Assembly: GCA_951406725.2 (NCBI GenBank)
Contig: OX597820.1
Coordinates: forward strand, 122,450,001-122,514,000
Source of the DNA: Octopus vulgaris
Lineage: Eukaryota
Length of the DNA stretch: 64,000 bases
Direction: 5' to 3'
The notes beneath the pieces are model-generated. The model did not search any database. It had not been told where the DNA came from and saw nothing but the letters and a program-made list of their open reading frames with translations. Shown in pieces: positions 1 through 12,220 of the stretch (positions are counted from its first letter, which is position 1; each line of letters begins with the position of its first letter). The position numbers and the translations under genes were made by a program.

Positions 1-19
1 ACACACTCATTGATATCAC

Positions 20-155
20 TTTCAGTTTCCACTGACAAGATCCAATCACAAAGTTTTTGTTAGTAGAAGACACTTGTATTCCAAGGTGCCACACAGTAGG
101 ACTGAACCTAGAACCATGTGATTGGGAGGCAAGGTTCTTACCCACACAGCCATAC
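20..155 (-). mobile_element. tRNA-derived SINE (family A), 5' part, diverged
   Basis: Matches the head of the copy at 12221-12634 (gtagaagacact...aaggtgccacacagtaggactgaaccta gaaccatgtg...cacacagcca). Confidence 0.8.
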
Positions 156-194
156 ACATATATAAATTCCTCTGTGTGTGTGAGTGTATGTCTG

Positions 195-225
<31 letters not shown>

Positions 226-279
226 ACTCACACATTTCTGTGTGAAAATATATTTGTGTGTATTGTATACACACACATA

Positions 280-1460
280 CAGGGATTAAACAAAGTAATG
301 GAAACACTTTGTTAAGAGCAAGTTATATCACTCAATACAGAGTTAGTCAACATCAGTTACCGCTTTGATCCATTGACAAATTGACTTGTACTAATTCTGG
401 ACGGTCATTGGGAGAATTTTCAGCCACTCTTTAAGCAGAGCCTGCTTCAAACTCTTTCAGTATCGATGGCAGATGAAGCATCCTCCTTGCTTTCCGCTCC
501 AAAAAGTCCCATAAATGTTTGATTATATTTAGATTCAGTGATTGTTGGGGAGTCAATCCAAGTGAAAACTTTCTTTCTTTTGTATTCTTCATCCCAATGT
601 GAATTGGTTCATTTATTGTCTTGGAAGATTGTGTTACCAACAGGGAATGATCTTTGTACCATAGGATGAACAGGATCAACCAAAATACTCAAATAATTCT
701 TGGAATTGGCTCTGCCATGTAAAACAGCTAAAGGGCTGAGAGAATTCCATGATATGCATGTCCCTCACAGCAGAGCCATCTCCATGCTTCATGGTAGGGA
801 CCAAACAGTCAAGGCTGAAGATTTCTTTGTCTCCAGTCATAAACTTGTCTCAAAGTGAAGCAAAATGGTGAATGATGATTTTGCAAAGACAACATTGTTA
901 CATTGTGCCATTAACCACTTCTGATAGTCTTGATGCCATATTTTTCTGCTCATCCATGTTGATAGGTAGAAGAGAGGGTTAGCAATCACTGTCACCAATT
1001 TTGCTGCTGTGGTGCTGAGACACAATATCTTTCACTCTTCTGTTGTTCCTCTTCTCTTTGAGCTTCAACTTTTATCCATAAATGTGCTAACCAAAGTTGC
1101 TTTTACCGTGGTTTGGAAATGCTAAGATGAGTTTTAAGTGTACCCCTCTAAATATCAAACTATTCAGCGGCGGCAGTTTTTGTGACTGAATCTCCAACCA
1201 TCATTGTTCCAGCCATCCATGCTCCAACAATTTGTTCTCTTTGAAAATATGATAAGGTCACACTTCTTAACTTAGTTAATTATTAATATCTGAAGAAAAA
1301 AACGAAATGAAGAATAGAGCTTATGTCTTGAAGTACATGGCACATGAAGCATGTGAATGCATAGATACGAACTGGAACGGCTCTGGCTTTGTCATACTGC
1401 CAATAGAAAGAAAAATAGTTAAGTAAAAATAGGTGTTTCCATTATTTTGACTAACCCCTG
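280..1460 (-). mobile_element. Tc1-like DNA transposon, degenerate, same family as 5075-6182
   Basis: TA at 278-279 and 1461-1462. 28-bp imperfect TIRs cagggattaaacaaagtaatggaaacac / gtgtttccattattttgactaacccctg. Minus-strand remnant TPQQSLNLNIIKHLWDFLERK resembles WPxQSPDLNxIEHLW. Confidence 0.9.
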
Positions 1461-2431
1461 TAATTGTTACATAGATATGTGTGTCTGTGCATGTGAGACA
1501 TAGGTAGGCAGACAGAAAGGCAGGCAGAATGCGAAAGAGAGAGAAAGAGAAAATCAGTATACGAGTTTTGTTTTTTATCAATTATCCTCCACAGCATTTG
1601 AGACATTGCAGTACTTCAGAGTATTTTTTAAGTGCCACTTGTAGAGAAGCAGAAGGGTGTGGGTGATTGCAGCTTGTCTTGCTCATAATTAGAAGAAGTG
1701 TAGGTATGTGAGAGGGTTTCTCTATGGGCTTGTCTCTAAGTGTGCAAAAGAAATAAACTAACAACACAGTAACTAAATGCCTACTGAATGGAAGATTTGT
1801 TAGCATTGACGATAGGAAATAATTATATTTTAACTGGATTTTTTTTTTTCACCTCATGGGAATTAAGAAAGATGACTCACAGTTAAGAAGTGAGCATTGA
1901 TAGGAGCTATGGTGGGAAATGAAATAGTAAGTTGTGTGTGTGAGTGACACAGAGACAGACGGGGAGAGAGAGAGAGAGAGAGAGAGACTGGGACACAGAG
2001 ACATATAAACAGTATTGAAAGATGAGTGAAATATTTAAGGAAAGAGAAGACTTTTTAGTAATATAGAATGGATAAAACTGATTATTGATGTGGGTGGGTG
2101 GGTGGGTGGAATTATGAATGTATGTGTTTGTTTGTTTGTTTGTACATATGCAAACATACATAGAATTGCTCAAAGCTGTTATAATTATTCATGTGAGTGT
2201 ACTTGATAACCTGTATAAGTGAGATATCTGATGAAGAGCTCATTAAAACATATACAATGACATCTGTATTTGAGTGTTGTTGTGTTTGTGCCTGCCTACA
2301 CACACACACACACACGAAACATGTACTTTCATTTCTATCTTTGCAGATTTAGAATAATGATCTAGAAATTTGAACTCATAGGAAACCGCTACTGTCCAAT
2401 TGGTGGTGTGTGTGTGTATTTGGTTAAAGCC

Positions 2432-2570
2432 TGTGGCCTTGTGGCTCGGGTGTGGTACTCATGATTATAAGGTCTTGTGCTTGATTCCTGGATCAGGTAG
2501 TGCCTTGTGTCCTTGAGCAAGGTACTTCACTTCCCATCGCTCTAGTTTACTCAGCTGAAATGAATACCAA
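2432..2570 (+). mobile_element. Old tRNA-derived SINE fragment
   Basis: A-box-like tggccttgtgg, B-box-like ttgattcc, then gtgtccttgagcaaggtacttcac, similar to the post-tRNA segment of the other SINEs here. Confidence 0.55.
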
Positions 2571-2748
2571 CTGAGGTCTCTGTTGCCTTCTCTTGCCCTC
2601 CATCTATCATATACTGTAGGTTTCACTGGGTCATGTATACAAGGGCCAAAAGGATTGTCTCATTCTGCTCCTGATTTCAAAGGCATCTAAAATATTTAGC
2701 AAAAGTATGCTACCTGCTGTGTCATCCTCTTTTATGTGTGACAGTAAT

Positions 2749-2799
2749 TGGTGATGCCTATATTCTACCAACATTCTGGTGATGCCTATATTCTACCAA
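2749..2799. repeat. Tandem duplication, 28-bp period
   Basis: tggtgatgcctatattctaccaa at 2749-2771 and 2777-2799. Confidence 0.9.
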
Positions 2800-4019
2800 T
2801 ATGTTTCTGGTACTGTTTATCCGTTCATTTAAAATGGAATATAGAACTAATATTTCACTATATTCTTCTTAATTTGAGTGAGTTTCACATTTTAGTAATC
2901 ACTCACTTTGTGATTGCGATGGTAATTGTCATTCTTCAGCATACTCATTCTACAGCAGAATAACACCTTTATTTACGGTCTTCATATATCGTAGAATTTA
3001 ATTCCATTCTAAAAAGATTGATTCATCAAACTATTATCCAAATCCGAGAAAAATGTTACAATTACAAGAATAACTATATATTTATAATCTCCCTCTAACC
3101 CTAACCCAAAATACCCGATTCCAGTTTGAATTGTAACAAAATTACTGTGACACAGCATCATCAACACTCTTTGTGAACTTTTGCTGCTGTCGGCTTCTTC
3201 TCCCCGCCCCCCTCCACAGCATCCATCAGCTAAACTTTGTGGCTTTAAGACCCATGTGCATCTTACATTATTAAATTTTCAGAGATTTGATAGAGTAATC
3301 CACATATTTGTGGTTTTTTTCCTCCTTACGTGATTAGGATGTTATTACATTTTAACTGCATGTAAGACGCTGTAACTTAGTCATTTATCAGAAAACTCTC
3401 CAGTTGCATAGATATATGTGTGTGTATGTGTGGAATATGCATGTGTATATATTTGTGTGTGTGTGTGTGTATATATGTGCATATATATATATTTGAAAAT
3501 ATATATATTTGAAAACCCCACTAGACGAGGGACATATTCATACGGCACAGAATGTTTTTTTACCTCAATGGACGTCAGTGATTGGTTGAAATTGCAGAAA
3601 TTGAAGAAAAAAAAAACAACAAATATCTTACAAACTATAGAATTTTCTCAATAAAGGCAAGAGAAAAATATGTTTTATAAACACATTCTACCAGTATACG
3701 AAGTTTAAAATTTGTTAGTTACCCAGTTTAGTTGCTGTGAACAGTGAACACAATGTTTACAGTTGATGTTGGCAGTGAACACAATCAAGTTATGAGATTT
3801 TTAAAACCATGGTCTTGGTTTATTTTTTTGCCTCACAATACAAGGAGAGGAATTTTCCTATTTCCATCCTGTTACTTTTTAAGTGAATGTAAAAGATCAG
3901 GGATGTTTCTCACTGGTTGGTTTTGTCTTGGTGGAAGTGGTGAGGGATAACTGACACCTATATATATATCTGTTATGTGTAGATGTGACTATAGTTGCTG
4001 TAGTATGTTTTTTTTAAAT

Positions 4020-4480
4020 TTTATTTTATTACCAAATTGGTGCTTATGAATTTTAGAACCAGTCTGCAAGTTTGTCTGAAGCATATGTGAGGTCACAGTT
4101 CACTGGTCTGGTTCAGGAGTGAGAGTGTGTGTATCTCTGGTAGAGATGGCCTGCATTGCTAGTATTATGTAGGCAGTTGTATGGAAGTTAATATATGTAT
4201 GTGTGTTTAGGTCAATATAGTTAACATGATTGTCCTTATTTGGTGTTAGTTCATGTGGTGTGTCTGATTGTATCTTAGCATTATTATGAATGAATTTGTG
4301 AGTATTTCAAGGGATCTCAAATGGTTGCATTGTATTTCATGTGTGCGTGTGTCATCAATTTGTAGAGTTCACTTCTGTCTATATACAGTTATTATATCTT
4401 TCGTCTCTGTTTATCGTAGTTTCTGTTCTTCTCTAAATCTAATACTCATTAAATTGAGATATTCTAACTGCCTATTTAGT
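4020..4480 (-). pseudogene. Possible Penelope-like GIY-YIG 3' remnant, heavily decayed
   Basis: Minus-strand pieces across frames (LYID, LPYN, TLLNQTSEL) resemble the PLE endonuclease end (YIG...PYN...LLNKRSEL). Many stops and frameshifts. Confidence 0.3.
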
Positions 4481-4628
4481 GTGTGCGTGTGTGTGTTTCA
4501 AGTGATTCCTCTTGCGTTCTCTTTACAATCTTATGGCTCAAGAATAGTCCTGATTTCAGATGTCCGACTTTAGTCTACATCAATTCTTTCTCTCTGTTAG
4601 TCTTAGGTTCAACTGCTACCAAATTTAA

Positions 4629-4748
4629 CCCTTTCATTACCAACCCGGCTGAAACCGGCTCTGGCTCTGAGTACAAATGTCTTGTTTTCATAAGTTTTGA
4701 ATGAAAATCTTCCACCAAACCTTAGTCAAAATTTATGTTTCTAACACT
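4629..4748 (+). mobile_element. piggyBac-type MITE, left half
   Basis: TTAA (4625-4628) followed by ccctttcattaccaacccggctgaaaccggctctggc, near-identical to the start of the full copy at 49450-49671. Confidence 0.85.
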
Positions 4749-5074
4749 TCTCACACCTTACCGATACTGTCTCTACAAACTCCTTAATACTGCGTGATGT
4801 TACCAATATGCACATGCACACATAAATACATTCTAGTCGATTGTATAGTAATAAGACCAACATTAAATTTTTTAAAAATTGCCAATGCCGTCAGCAGCAG
4901 CATACTACCACCACCACCACCACGATTGTTTTATACTTTAGGCAGAACAAATAACAAAAAAATGAACTCAAGTGATTGCCATTGTGTGTGTCTAAGTGAG
5001 TGTAGGAACAAGCATGAGATTGTAAGGTTGGCATGACACAAAATAATAGCTAGGAGACATCATGCTTGCATATA

Positions 5075-6182
5075 CAGGGGTTGGACAAAATAATGGAAAC
5101 ACCTTAAAATTTCAAACAAATTTATTTTAATATCGGGTAGGACCGCCTTTGGCGGTGATTACAGCTTGAATTCTACAAGGTATGGACTCATGCAAAGTTT
5201 GAATTGTTTCCAAAGAAATTTTTGTCCATTCTTCAGCTAAAACAATCTTCAGTTCTTGTAGAGTTAATGGTTGAGGATATTGATTCCTTGTTTTTCAAAA
5301 ATGCACCATAAATGTTCAATGATAATGAGATCTGGGGACTGTGGTGGCCAGATAAGATGTTCAACTTCACTAGAATGTTCTTCGTGCCATTCAGTAACAA
5401 CTTTAGCTGTGTGAATTGGTACATTATCATCCTGAAATATTGTGTTCCGTTCCAAAAACATTTCCGCAACCATAGGATGAACTTGATCAGATAGAGTGCT
5501 TAAATAGTCTTGTCTATAAATTCTGGCGGATTTCCAAGATGTAGCTCACCCAGTTCATCACAGATCATCCTCCATGTTTAACCATTGGAAGAAGGCAGTC
5601 TGGATAAAAACTTTCTTTTGGCTATTTCCACATGTATACTTGGCCAGTGGTTGGAAAGAAGGTAAAGGATGACTTGTCTGAGAAAATAACATACTTCCAT
5701 TGCTCTAGGGACCAATTCTGTAGGTTTTTACTCCACTCTAAGTGCTTTGAAACGTTTGTTTTTGAAAGTAGTGGTTTTCTGATTGCAGCCCTCCCATGAA
5801 TTCCAGCTTTATGCAGCTCCCGGTGAACATTTGTCGTGGAAACTGGGTTGTCGAGGTGGTCATTAAGCTGTCATTACTTTTGAGTCAGTATTTCTAGATA
5901 CACTAAACATTTTGGCTGTTTTTGCTATGCTAGCTCCTGCCATACGAGCACCAACAATTTGACCTCTTTGAAACTCTGATAGATCTGTCATTTTAATGAA
6001 TTTTAATTATCTTTTCCTGATGATATCTGAAAAGAAGCAGCAACTTTTACAAAACGTATTAAGCAACACTAATAATAAATAAAAAAAAACATAAAAACAA
6101 ACAAGCTTTTGACGGTTTTGTAGATATTTCAAAATTATGATGCTATGACGCTAGGTGTTTCCATTATGTTGTCCAACCCCTG
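5075..6182 (-). mobile_element. Tc1-like transposon with DD36E spacing (Incomer-type), internally deleted
   Basis: TA at 5073-5074 and 6183-6184. 29-bp TIRs caggggttggacaaaataatggaaacacc / ggtgtttccattatgttgtccaacccctg with one mismatch. Confidence 0.95.
5130..5991 (-). pseudogene. Tc1-family transposase pseudogene
   Basis: ATG at 5991 reads MTDLSEFQRGQIVGARMAGASIAKTAKMFSVSRNT (HTH). ORF 5264-5473 reads FQDDNVPIHTAK...WPPQSPDLIIIEHLW with 36 residues between D and E. Frameshifts and deletions present. Confidence 0.9.
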
Positions 6183-6424
6183 TATCTGCAAGTGGAAGTT
6201 TCTATGTATATACAAGTGTGATACAAGACAGACTACTGGGGTGTCAGGGCAAGACATATAAAAGGAAATAAGTTTAAAACAATCAGCAGATATTTTAGTT
6301 TATTTTTCATTCCGTTCACTTTAAGCTTTGCTTCACTGAATTTTCTTCCATTCCCTTTGTGTATTTCCATTTGGTATAAAGTCAAACTACATTTCATCAT
6401 TTTAAAAAAACTATATTAATAATA

Positions 6425-6907
6425 CGTTTAAATATTTGTTGTGCAAGATTTTTTATGTGAAGTCGTGTGTTGAAACAGATATTGTTATATTTCGGAATGG
6501 TCATATTGCCAGTTTAGCCAATAAAAACACACGCACTATATATTTGGTGTTATTTTGCTTCAGTGATATTTATTTTTTACATTAATCTTAATCTTATTTC
6601 GGCCAAAGTTCTTTCGTCACACTCCTGTGACCGCATCAGTGGTCCTTTGTTTTCTTCTCACTTACTTGTGTCTCTCCTTACTAACCGTAACAAAATGGCT
6701 GACGGTTAGTAAGGAGAGACACAAGTAAGTGAGAAGAAAACAAAGGACCACTGATGCGGTCACAGGAGTGTGACGAAAGAACTTTGGCCGAAATAAGATT
6801 AAGATTAATGTAAAAATAAATATCACTGAAGCAAAATAACACCAAATATATAGTGCGTGTGTTTTTATTGGCTAAACTGGCAATATGACCATTCCGAAAT
6901 ATAACAA
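6425..6907. mobile_element. Penelope-like short insertion made of inverted repeat units, with a candidate 13-bp TSD
   Basis: Arms 6479-6688 and 6702-6910 are reverse complements except for one T indel, with a 13-bp spacer. Direct repeat tatattaataata at 6412-6424 and 6908-6920. Each arm has a hammerhead-like motif. The PLE assignment is inferred. Confidence 0.7.
6745..6789 (+). ncRNA. Minimal type I hammerhead-like motif (A9C variant); mirror copy at 6601-6645 on minus
   Basis: GGACCA-CUGAUGC-G-GUCACA(GGAG)UGUGAC-GAAA-GAAC-UU-UGGCC: stem I CCA/UGG, 6-bp stem II, 2-bp stem III, CUU site. Confidence 0.55.
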
Positions 6908-6939
6908 TATATTAATAATAATGTGTGTATTTTTGTTTC

Positions 6940-7175
6940 CTCATCTTAACATCACACAATAGCAATAAATGAACATAACCATTGTACCAGCAGTGGTGGT
7001 CATTTCCAGTCTACCGAGGAAACAATTTTTTGCTATGGTCAAAAAATGCTTCTTTCGAAACAAGTGAGAGAAGGTAACAGGAATGGTGTCTTGACTGTGG
7101 AAATCTGTTTCAATGAATTTTGCTTGACCGATGTTAGCTTTGAAAAGTGGACATGTCAAATGTTGATGATGATGA

Positions 7176-7177
<2 letters not shown>
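6940..7177 (+). mobile_element. Diverged SINE/LINE 3' end with (GAT)n tail (family B-related)
   Basis: Ends in gaaaagtggacatgtcaaatgttgatgatgatg, resembling family B ends (ggaaaacggacgctaaacgatgatg). Confidence 0.55.
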
Positions 7178-7216
<39 letters not shown>

Positions 7217-7249
7217 CATAAATATACACACACACACACATACAGGTAT

Positions 7250-7470
7250 ATGATAGTATCAAATAGTGAGAATGAGTGCTGTGCACCACATGGGTGAATA
7301 AAAATTCTTTCTTTGTGGGCTAACAAGGCAACAACATGGAAGTGCTGGAATTTGTCTCAATTTTGATGTTCCCAATCAAAATGGAGACAAGTACCAACAC
7401 CTCCATGTGACATATTTAATCAATTGACAAACGTTTTTCACATGAAACCATTGGTAGCTTTGTTAACTCA
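7250..7470. repeat. Interspersed repeat with nested inverted repeats
   Basis: The 5' part recurs inverted at about 35465-35520 and catgaaaccattgg recurs at about 42971. Inner hairpin 7334-7408. Outer arms about 7317-7335 and 7451-7469. Confidence 0.6.
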
Positions 7471-7471
7471 C

Positions 7472-7506
7472 TTATATATATGTGTGTATGTGTGTGTGCA
7501 TGTATG

Positions 7507-7548
<42 letters not shown>

Positions 7549-7856
7549 TAAATATAGAAATGTATGTAAGTATATATATATATATGTGTGTGTGTATATA
7601 TATATATGTGTGTATATATATATGTATACATATGTATGTATATATATGTATACATATGTATGTATATATATATACATATGTATGTATATGTATACATATG
7701 TATGTATATATATATATATGTATGTATATATGTGTATATATATATATACATGTATGTATGTATATATGTATATATATATGTATGTATAGATGTGCATATA
7801 TGTATGTGTATATGTGTATATATGTATATATATATATGTATAGATGTGCATATATG

Positions 7857-7894
<38 letters not shown>

Positions 7895-7908
7895 CACATG
7901 TATGTATG

Positions 7909-7939
<31 letters not shown>

Positions 7940-8011
7940 AAATATATATATATTTATATATATTATATTTATATATAAATATATATATATTTATATATAT
8001 AAATATATATA

Positions 8012-8052
<41 letters not shown>
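7472..8052. repeat. Compound (TA)n/(TG)n/(TATG)n microsatellite
   Basis: Seen directly. It produces the YIYI ORFs. Similar tracts lie at 10387-10560, 10757-11050, 15230-15562, 26995-27278, 35295-35610 and 53876-54030. Confidence 0.98.
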
Positions 8053-8055
<3 letters not shown>

Positions 8056-8263
8056 TTTGGTTGGTTTTGGCCATATTATAAGCCCAGGCCATGACTAACT
8101 CAATATCACCACCTGGAAAAGTATTTTAGTTAATTATTTTGGGATACCATGGTCTATATATATATACATACACATACATACATACATACAAAATATGGAT
8201 GTTTAGTTCACAGGTGATCTGAAAAATTAAGTGCACTGGGTAAGTGCTGTAAATATACATATA

Positions 8264-9481
8264 CAGGGTGTTAGATATTTGAGGACAGACTTATGTTTAT
8301 AAAAAAAATCAGATGTATGATAACAGAAAATAAATTTATTCATCAAAAAATGCTATGAGGGTAAAAATAAACCTTTTCTAAAATGTTATTCAATAAAGCA
8401 ACCTTCAGCTTCAACAACTGCTTCTACATGAGATCTAAATCATCTACATGCTTGAATCAAGTGGTTCTGGTTCATTTTGGACATTACTCTGTTATGGATG
8501 TGTCCATTGACCTCTCTTTCAACAATGCTCCACATGTAATAGTCCAATAGATTGAGATCTGAAAAATTAGGAGGCCAAATTTTAGGGGCTATGTGATTAT
8601 GAAAATTTTCAACCATCCATTCCTGTGTTACTAGAGCCATGTGTGATAGTGCTGAGTCTTACTGAAACATATATGGTCTTCCATTGCATAAAACTGTCTA
8701 TCCGGGGCTTAACAATTATTACCAGGTGGTAGAGTTAACTCTAAGGTCTTGTGGAAAGAAGTAAGACGGCATCACAAGTCCTTCATTGCTGATAACCCCT
8801 AAAACTATGACAGTTTCAAGAAATTTTGTATGCATAACACTTGTAACTTCAGAAGGGTTGGCACATGACCATCTGTCATTTCTTTTTTTTAACTTTTTGA
8901 TCTTGATTGAAGTTCTTCTTGTTTGAGAAATAACCAAATCAAATCTTCTGCTGGATTTTCAGTTTATTTAAGAGCCTTTTAGATCTGATATAGTGATTTT
9001 CTTTTGCTTTTCCTGACAAACTGACCTTTCTTCATCATATAAAACTTATATCTGATGTCTTTGTGGACAACATTTTCGACTGTTCGTTCTAACACATGGA
9101 AATCTTTTGCAACTGACCTCATGAATTTTCTGGGATTGTAATCAATGGTCTATTGAACTTGCTGGATAAATTCAAGTGTTCTGATGATTTCAGAGCATTT
9201 AGAATGCTTTTAATGCTTTGATACTGGTGATTGTTTTCATCTTCAATCTCTAGGTCCTTACAAACTCTGTAGACGAAAGATCTGGCAACTTTTAAAAATT
9301 GAGATATTTCTAAATCCGTATGCTCAGCCTTTATAACCATAATTACATCATGCCTCTTCATTTCTTGAGTAAGCTGAAGGTCTGCCATTATTATTTTCTA
9401 AAACAAAGATTATATAGAGTTAGGAAAAGATGCAACAATGACCCAAAAGCAGGTATGTCCTTAAACACCTTACACATCCTG
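8264..9481 (-). mobile_element. maT-family (DD37D) transposon, near full length, inactivated
   Basis: TA flanks at 8262-8263 and 9482-9483. Imperfect TIRs cagggtgttagatatttgaggacagac / gtatgtccttaaacaccttacacatcctg. Minus-strand remnants MADLQLTQEMKRH..., NDRW..., and FQ*DSALSH...WPPNFSDLNLLDY with 37 residues between the two D. Confidence 0.92.
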
Positions 9482-9511
9482 TATATGTATATATATATAT
9501 ATATATATAAA

Positions 9512-10386
9512 CAGGGTATGATGGGTAAATTGTTGCCACTTTATATTTTTAATTTCCCACATGTACATTGTTACTTCTTGAATTTATCGACTACACAGTA
9601 TAGTAGGGTCAGTTGGGCATCATCTGTGAGAAAAACAGCACCATGACACAATTCACTCTGCCAGAAATTTGGAAATGACATGCCGTACCACTTGGCATTT
9701 GCACAGGAAGCTCCAATATGAAGAGGTTCAGAGTATTTGGGTATCAATCTGAGGACACATACCAGCAGTGAAGAAAATCAAACATCCAGTCAGCATCATA
9801 AGTGCTTGGAGTAATCACTAGTGATGGCGACGTTATACCTCCATTCATCTTCCTATACAGCCTCAGACTCAACACAGAGGCCAACATCAAGTACCTGGAG
9901 GAGGTAATGCTGCCCTGGGTCAAGAGGGTGGCTGCTAGAAGACCCTATGCATGGCAACAGGACTCTGCACCCTGCCACACAAGCAGGAGAACCCAGCCAT
10001 GGCTGTCAGACAATTTCTGCAACCATATCACTCTTAGCATCTGACCACCTAACACCCCAGACTCCATCCCCCTTGCTTATTACATGTGGAGCACATTTGA
10101 GCAAGAGACCAACAAAACTCCTTGTAACACCAAAGATGAACTGAAGGCTAAGATTATGGCAATATTCACTCAGTAATACAAGGAGGCTGTCCAGAAGAGT
10201 TGCAGGAGATTCTGAAGTCGCCTGGAGGCTGTGGTTTAAGCCAATGTCGATTTTATTGAATAAATTTATTCTTTAGTATTTCAAGATATTTTTATATAAT
10301 TTTGGTAAATACATCTGTTAAGATGAGTTGTCAGTGTTATTTTCACTTTTGCGTAATTTAAACAACAGTTTATTCACCGCACCCTG
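9512..10386 (+). mobile_element. Second maT-family (DD37D) transposon, internally deleted
   Basis: Ends cagggtatgatgggtaaattgttg / caacagtttattcaccgcaccctg followed by TA. Reads LGVITSDGDVIPPFIF...WQQDSAPCHTSRRTQPWL...I*PPNTPDSIPLAYY: spacing 37, last D mutated to A. Confidence 0.9.
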
Positions 10387-10420
10387 TATATGTATATCAA
10401 TACATATCTATATATACACG

Positions 10421-10471
<51 letters not shown>

Positions 10472-10486
10472 GTTTGTATGTGTGTG

Positions 10487-10520
<34 letters not shown>

Positions 10521-10754
10521 TATGTTTGTATGTGTGTGTATATATATATATCAATAATATATCAATGACTTAATATAGAATGATTGTTGTCATTTCTTTC
10601 TCTTTTGACTGCGTTGTTTGCTTTTTAAGTGCTGTGGTTTTACTGGGATCTCCCTTTTAAGTAGAAAGAATAGCCCAAACTCTTTGACTGCTATTTCTAA
10701 ATTCGGTGTGTGGTGAGGCAAATCGTTGCTAAACCCTTAATTACTTAGTATTAC

Positions 10755-10785
<31 letters not shown>

Positions 10786-10839
10786 ATTTATATGTGTGTG
10801 TGTGTGTGTGTGTGAGTATATGTAGATATATATGTGTGC

Positions 10840-10880
<41 letters not shown>

Positions 10881-10955
10881 TAGATAGAAATATATATATA
10901 CATATATATATACACATATATATATATACATATATATATATATACATATATATAC

Positions 10956-11026
<71 letters not shown>

Positions 11027-11750
11027 TATGTATAGATAGATGTATATATATTGATTTGAGTATTTCTTTCAAATAGTATCAGACCTTTGTAGCAGTTCTC
11101 TTGCTCTCGTATTTGTCACTGTTAATTTCTCAAAAATATGGAAACCTTACTTATTCCAAGTAATCTTATTATTTCTTCACTCAGTTAACCATGTTGGATA
11201 TATATATATATATGTATATTTATATATATATATGTATATATATATGATAAACTCTCATCATCATTACACATTGTATAGATATCACCTCGGCTACTTGTAC
11301 CAATACTGTATCTATTAATGCTATTGTAAAATTTTATACATCCTTCTAACCCCTTTTTTAACATGTAATTCTTCCATTTTCATCTGTAATAACTGTGTCT
11401 TTCTTTTCATGAAAGGTAAGTCTTTTTTCTTTGAAGTTATGTGCTAGGTGTTTTATCTCGTACACAACAGAAATAGGTGGCATTGAAACAGATGTTTGTA
11501 ACCCATTTTTTTTTTCTTTTGTTGTTTTTTGGTTTCTACTTTCCATTACTTTATTTTACTATTAAAATATTTATTTTGTGGAATTATGATAAAAAAAACA
11601 GAGTCAGACATTCAAATACTCCTTTTGTCAAACAGGTATCTTCTCACAAACCTTCACTAACATTGGAATTTCTTTCTTTCAGTATTAAAAAACCCAGAAA
11701 AATTGCAGCATTCTTACCTTTAATATATACTTATTTTCCTACTACTACTG

Positions 11751-11788
<38 letters not shown>

Positions 11789-12220
11789 GCTACTACTTGT
11801 TATGAAAAAGTGTAATGCCCAGGAGAATAAGGTGTGGGACTGTATTAGAAATTTTCAGTGTTTTAGCAAATGCTGCTCTAGAATGATTGGATAGTCTTTC
11901 AGTTTCACTTGTATTATTTCTTTATACCAGCTCCTGAGAAGTTATTGCTGTTAATGCTGTTTATAGTCAGTCACCTTTCACCTCTCCTAATTTTGGTAAT
12001 ATGAATATTGTGGCATTAATCTTCATCAACAGCATTGAAATTTGTGTTGTGCCAGTTTTGAGGAAATTATTTCTATCCATTGAAGTTAACATTATGTATT
12101 TTGAGTTTTGCTTATATCAGTCAGTAATGTGTGTGTAAGAGTCTAAAACTTCAGCTGAGTCCCAGGTACCCATTCTCCTCTTGATTAAATCTGCTTATTC
12201 CTTTGTTTTATATAAAACTA

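Noticed and set aside
2335-2405. Candidate exon after the acceptor-like ctatctttgcag (and donor-like aaggtaagt near 11412)
   Set aside because: No consistent reading frame or partner splice site, and such motifs are frequent by chance in AT-rich DNA.
3095-3108. ctaaccctaaccc telomere-like motif
   Set aside because: Only two units, too short to call an interstitial telomeric repeat.
7416-8054. Long ORFs rich in YI, VC or HT dipeptides (also 10741-11072, 15107-15684, 26826-27333, 35196-35859, 54727-55247)
   Set aside because: They are translations of dinucleotide microsatellites, open in several frames on both strands.
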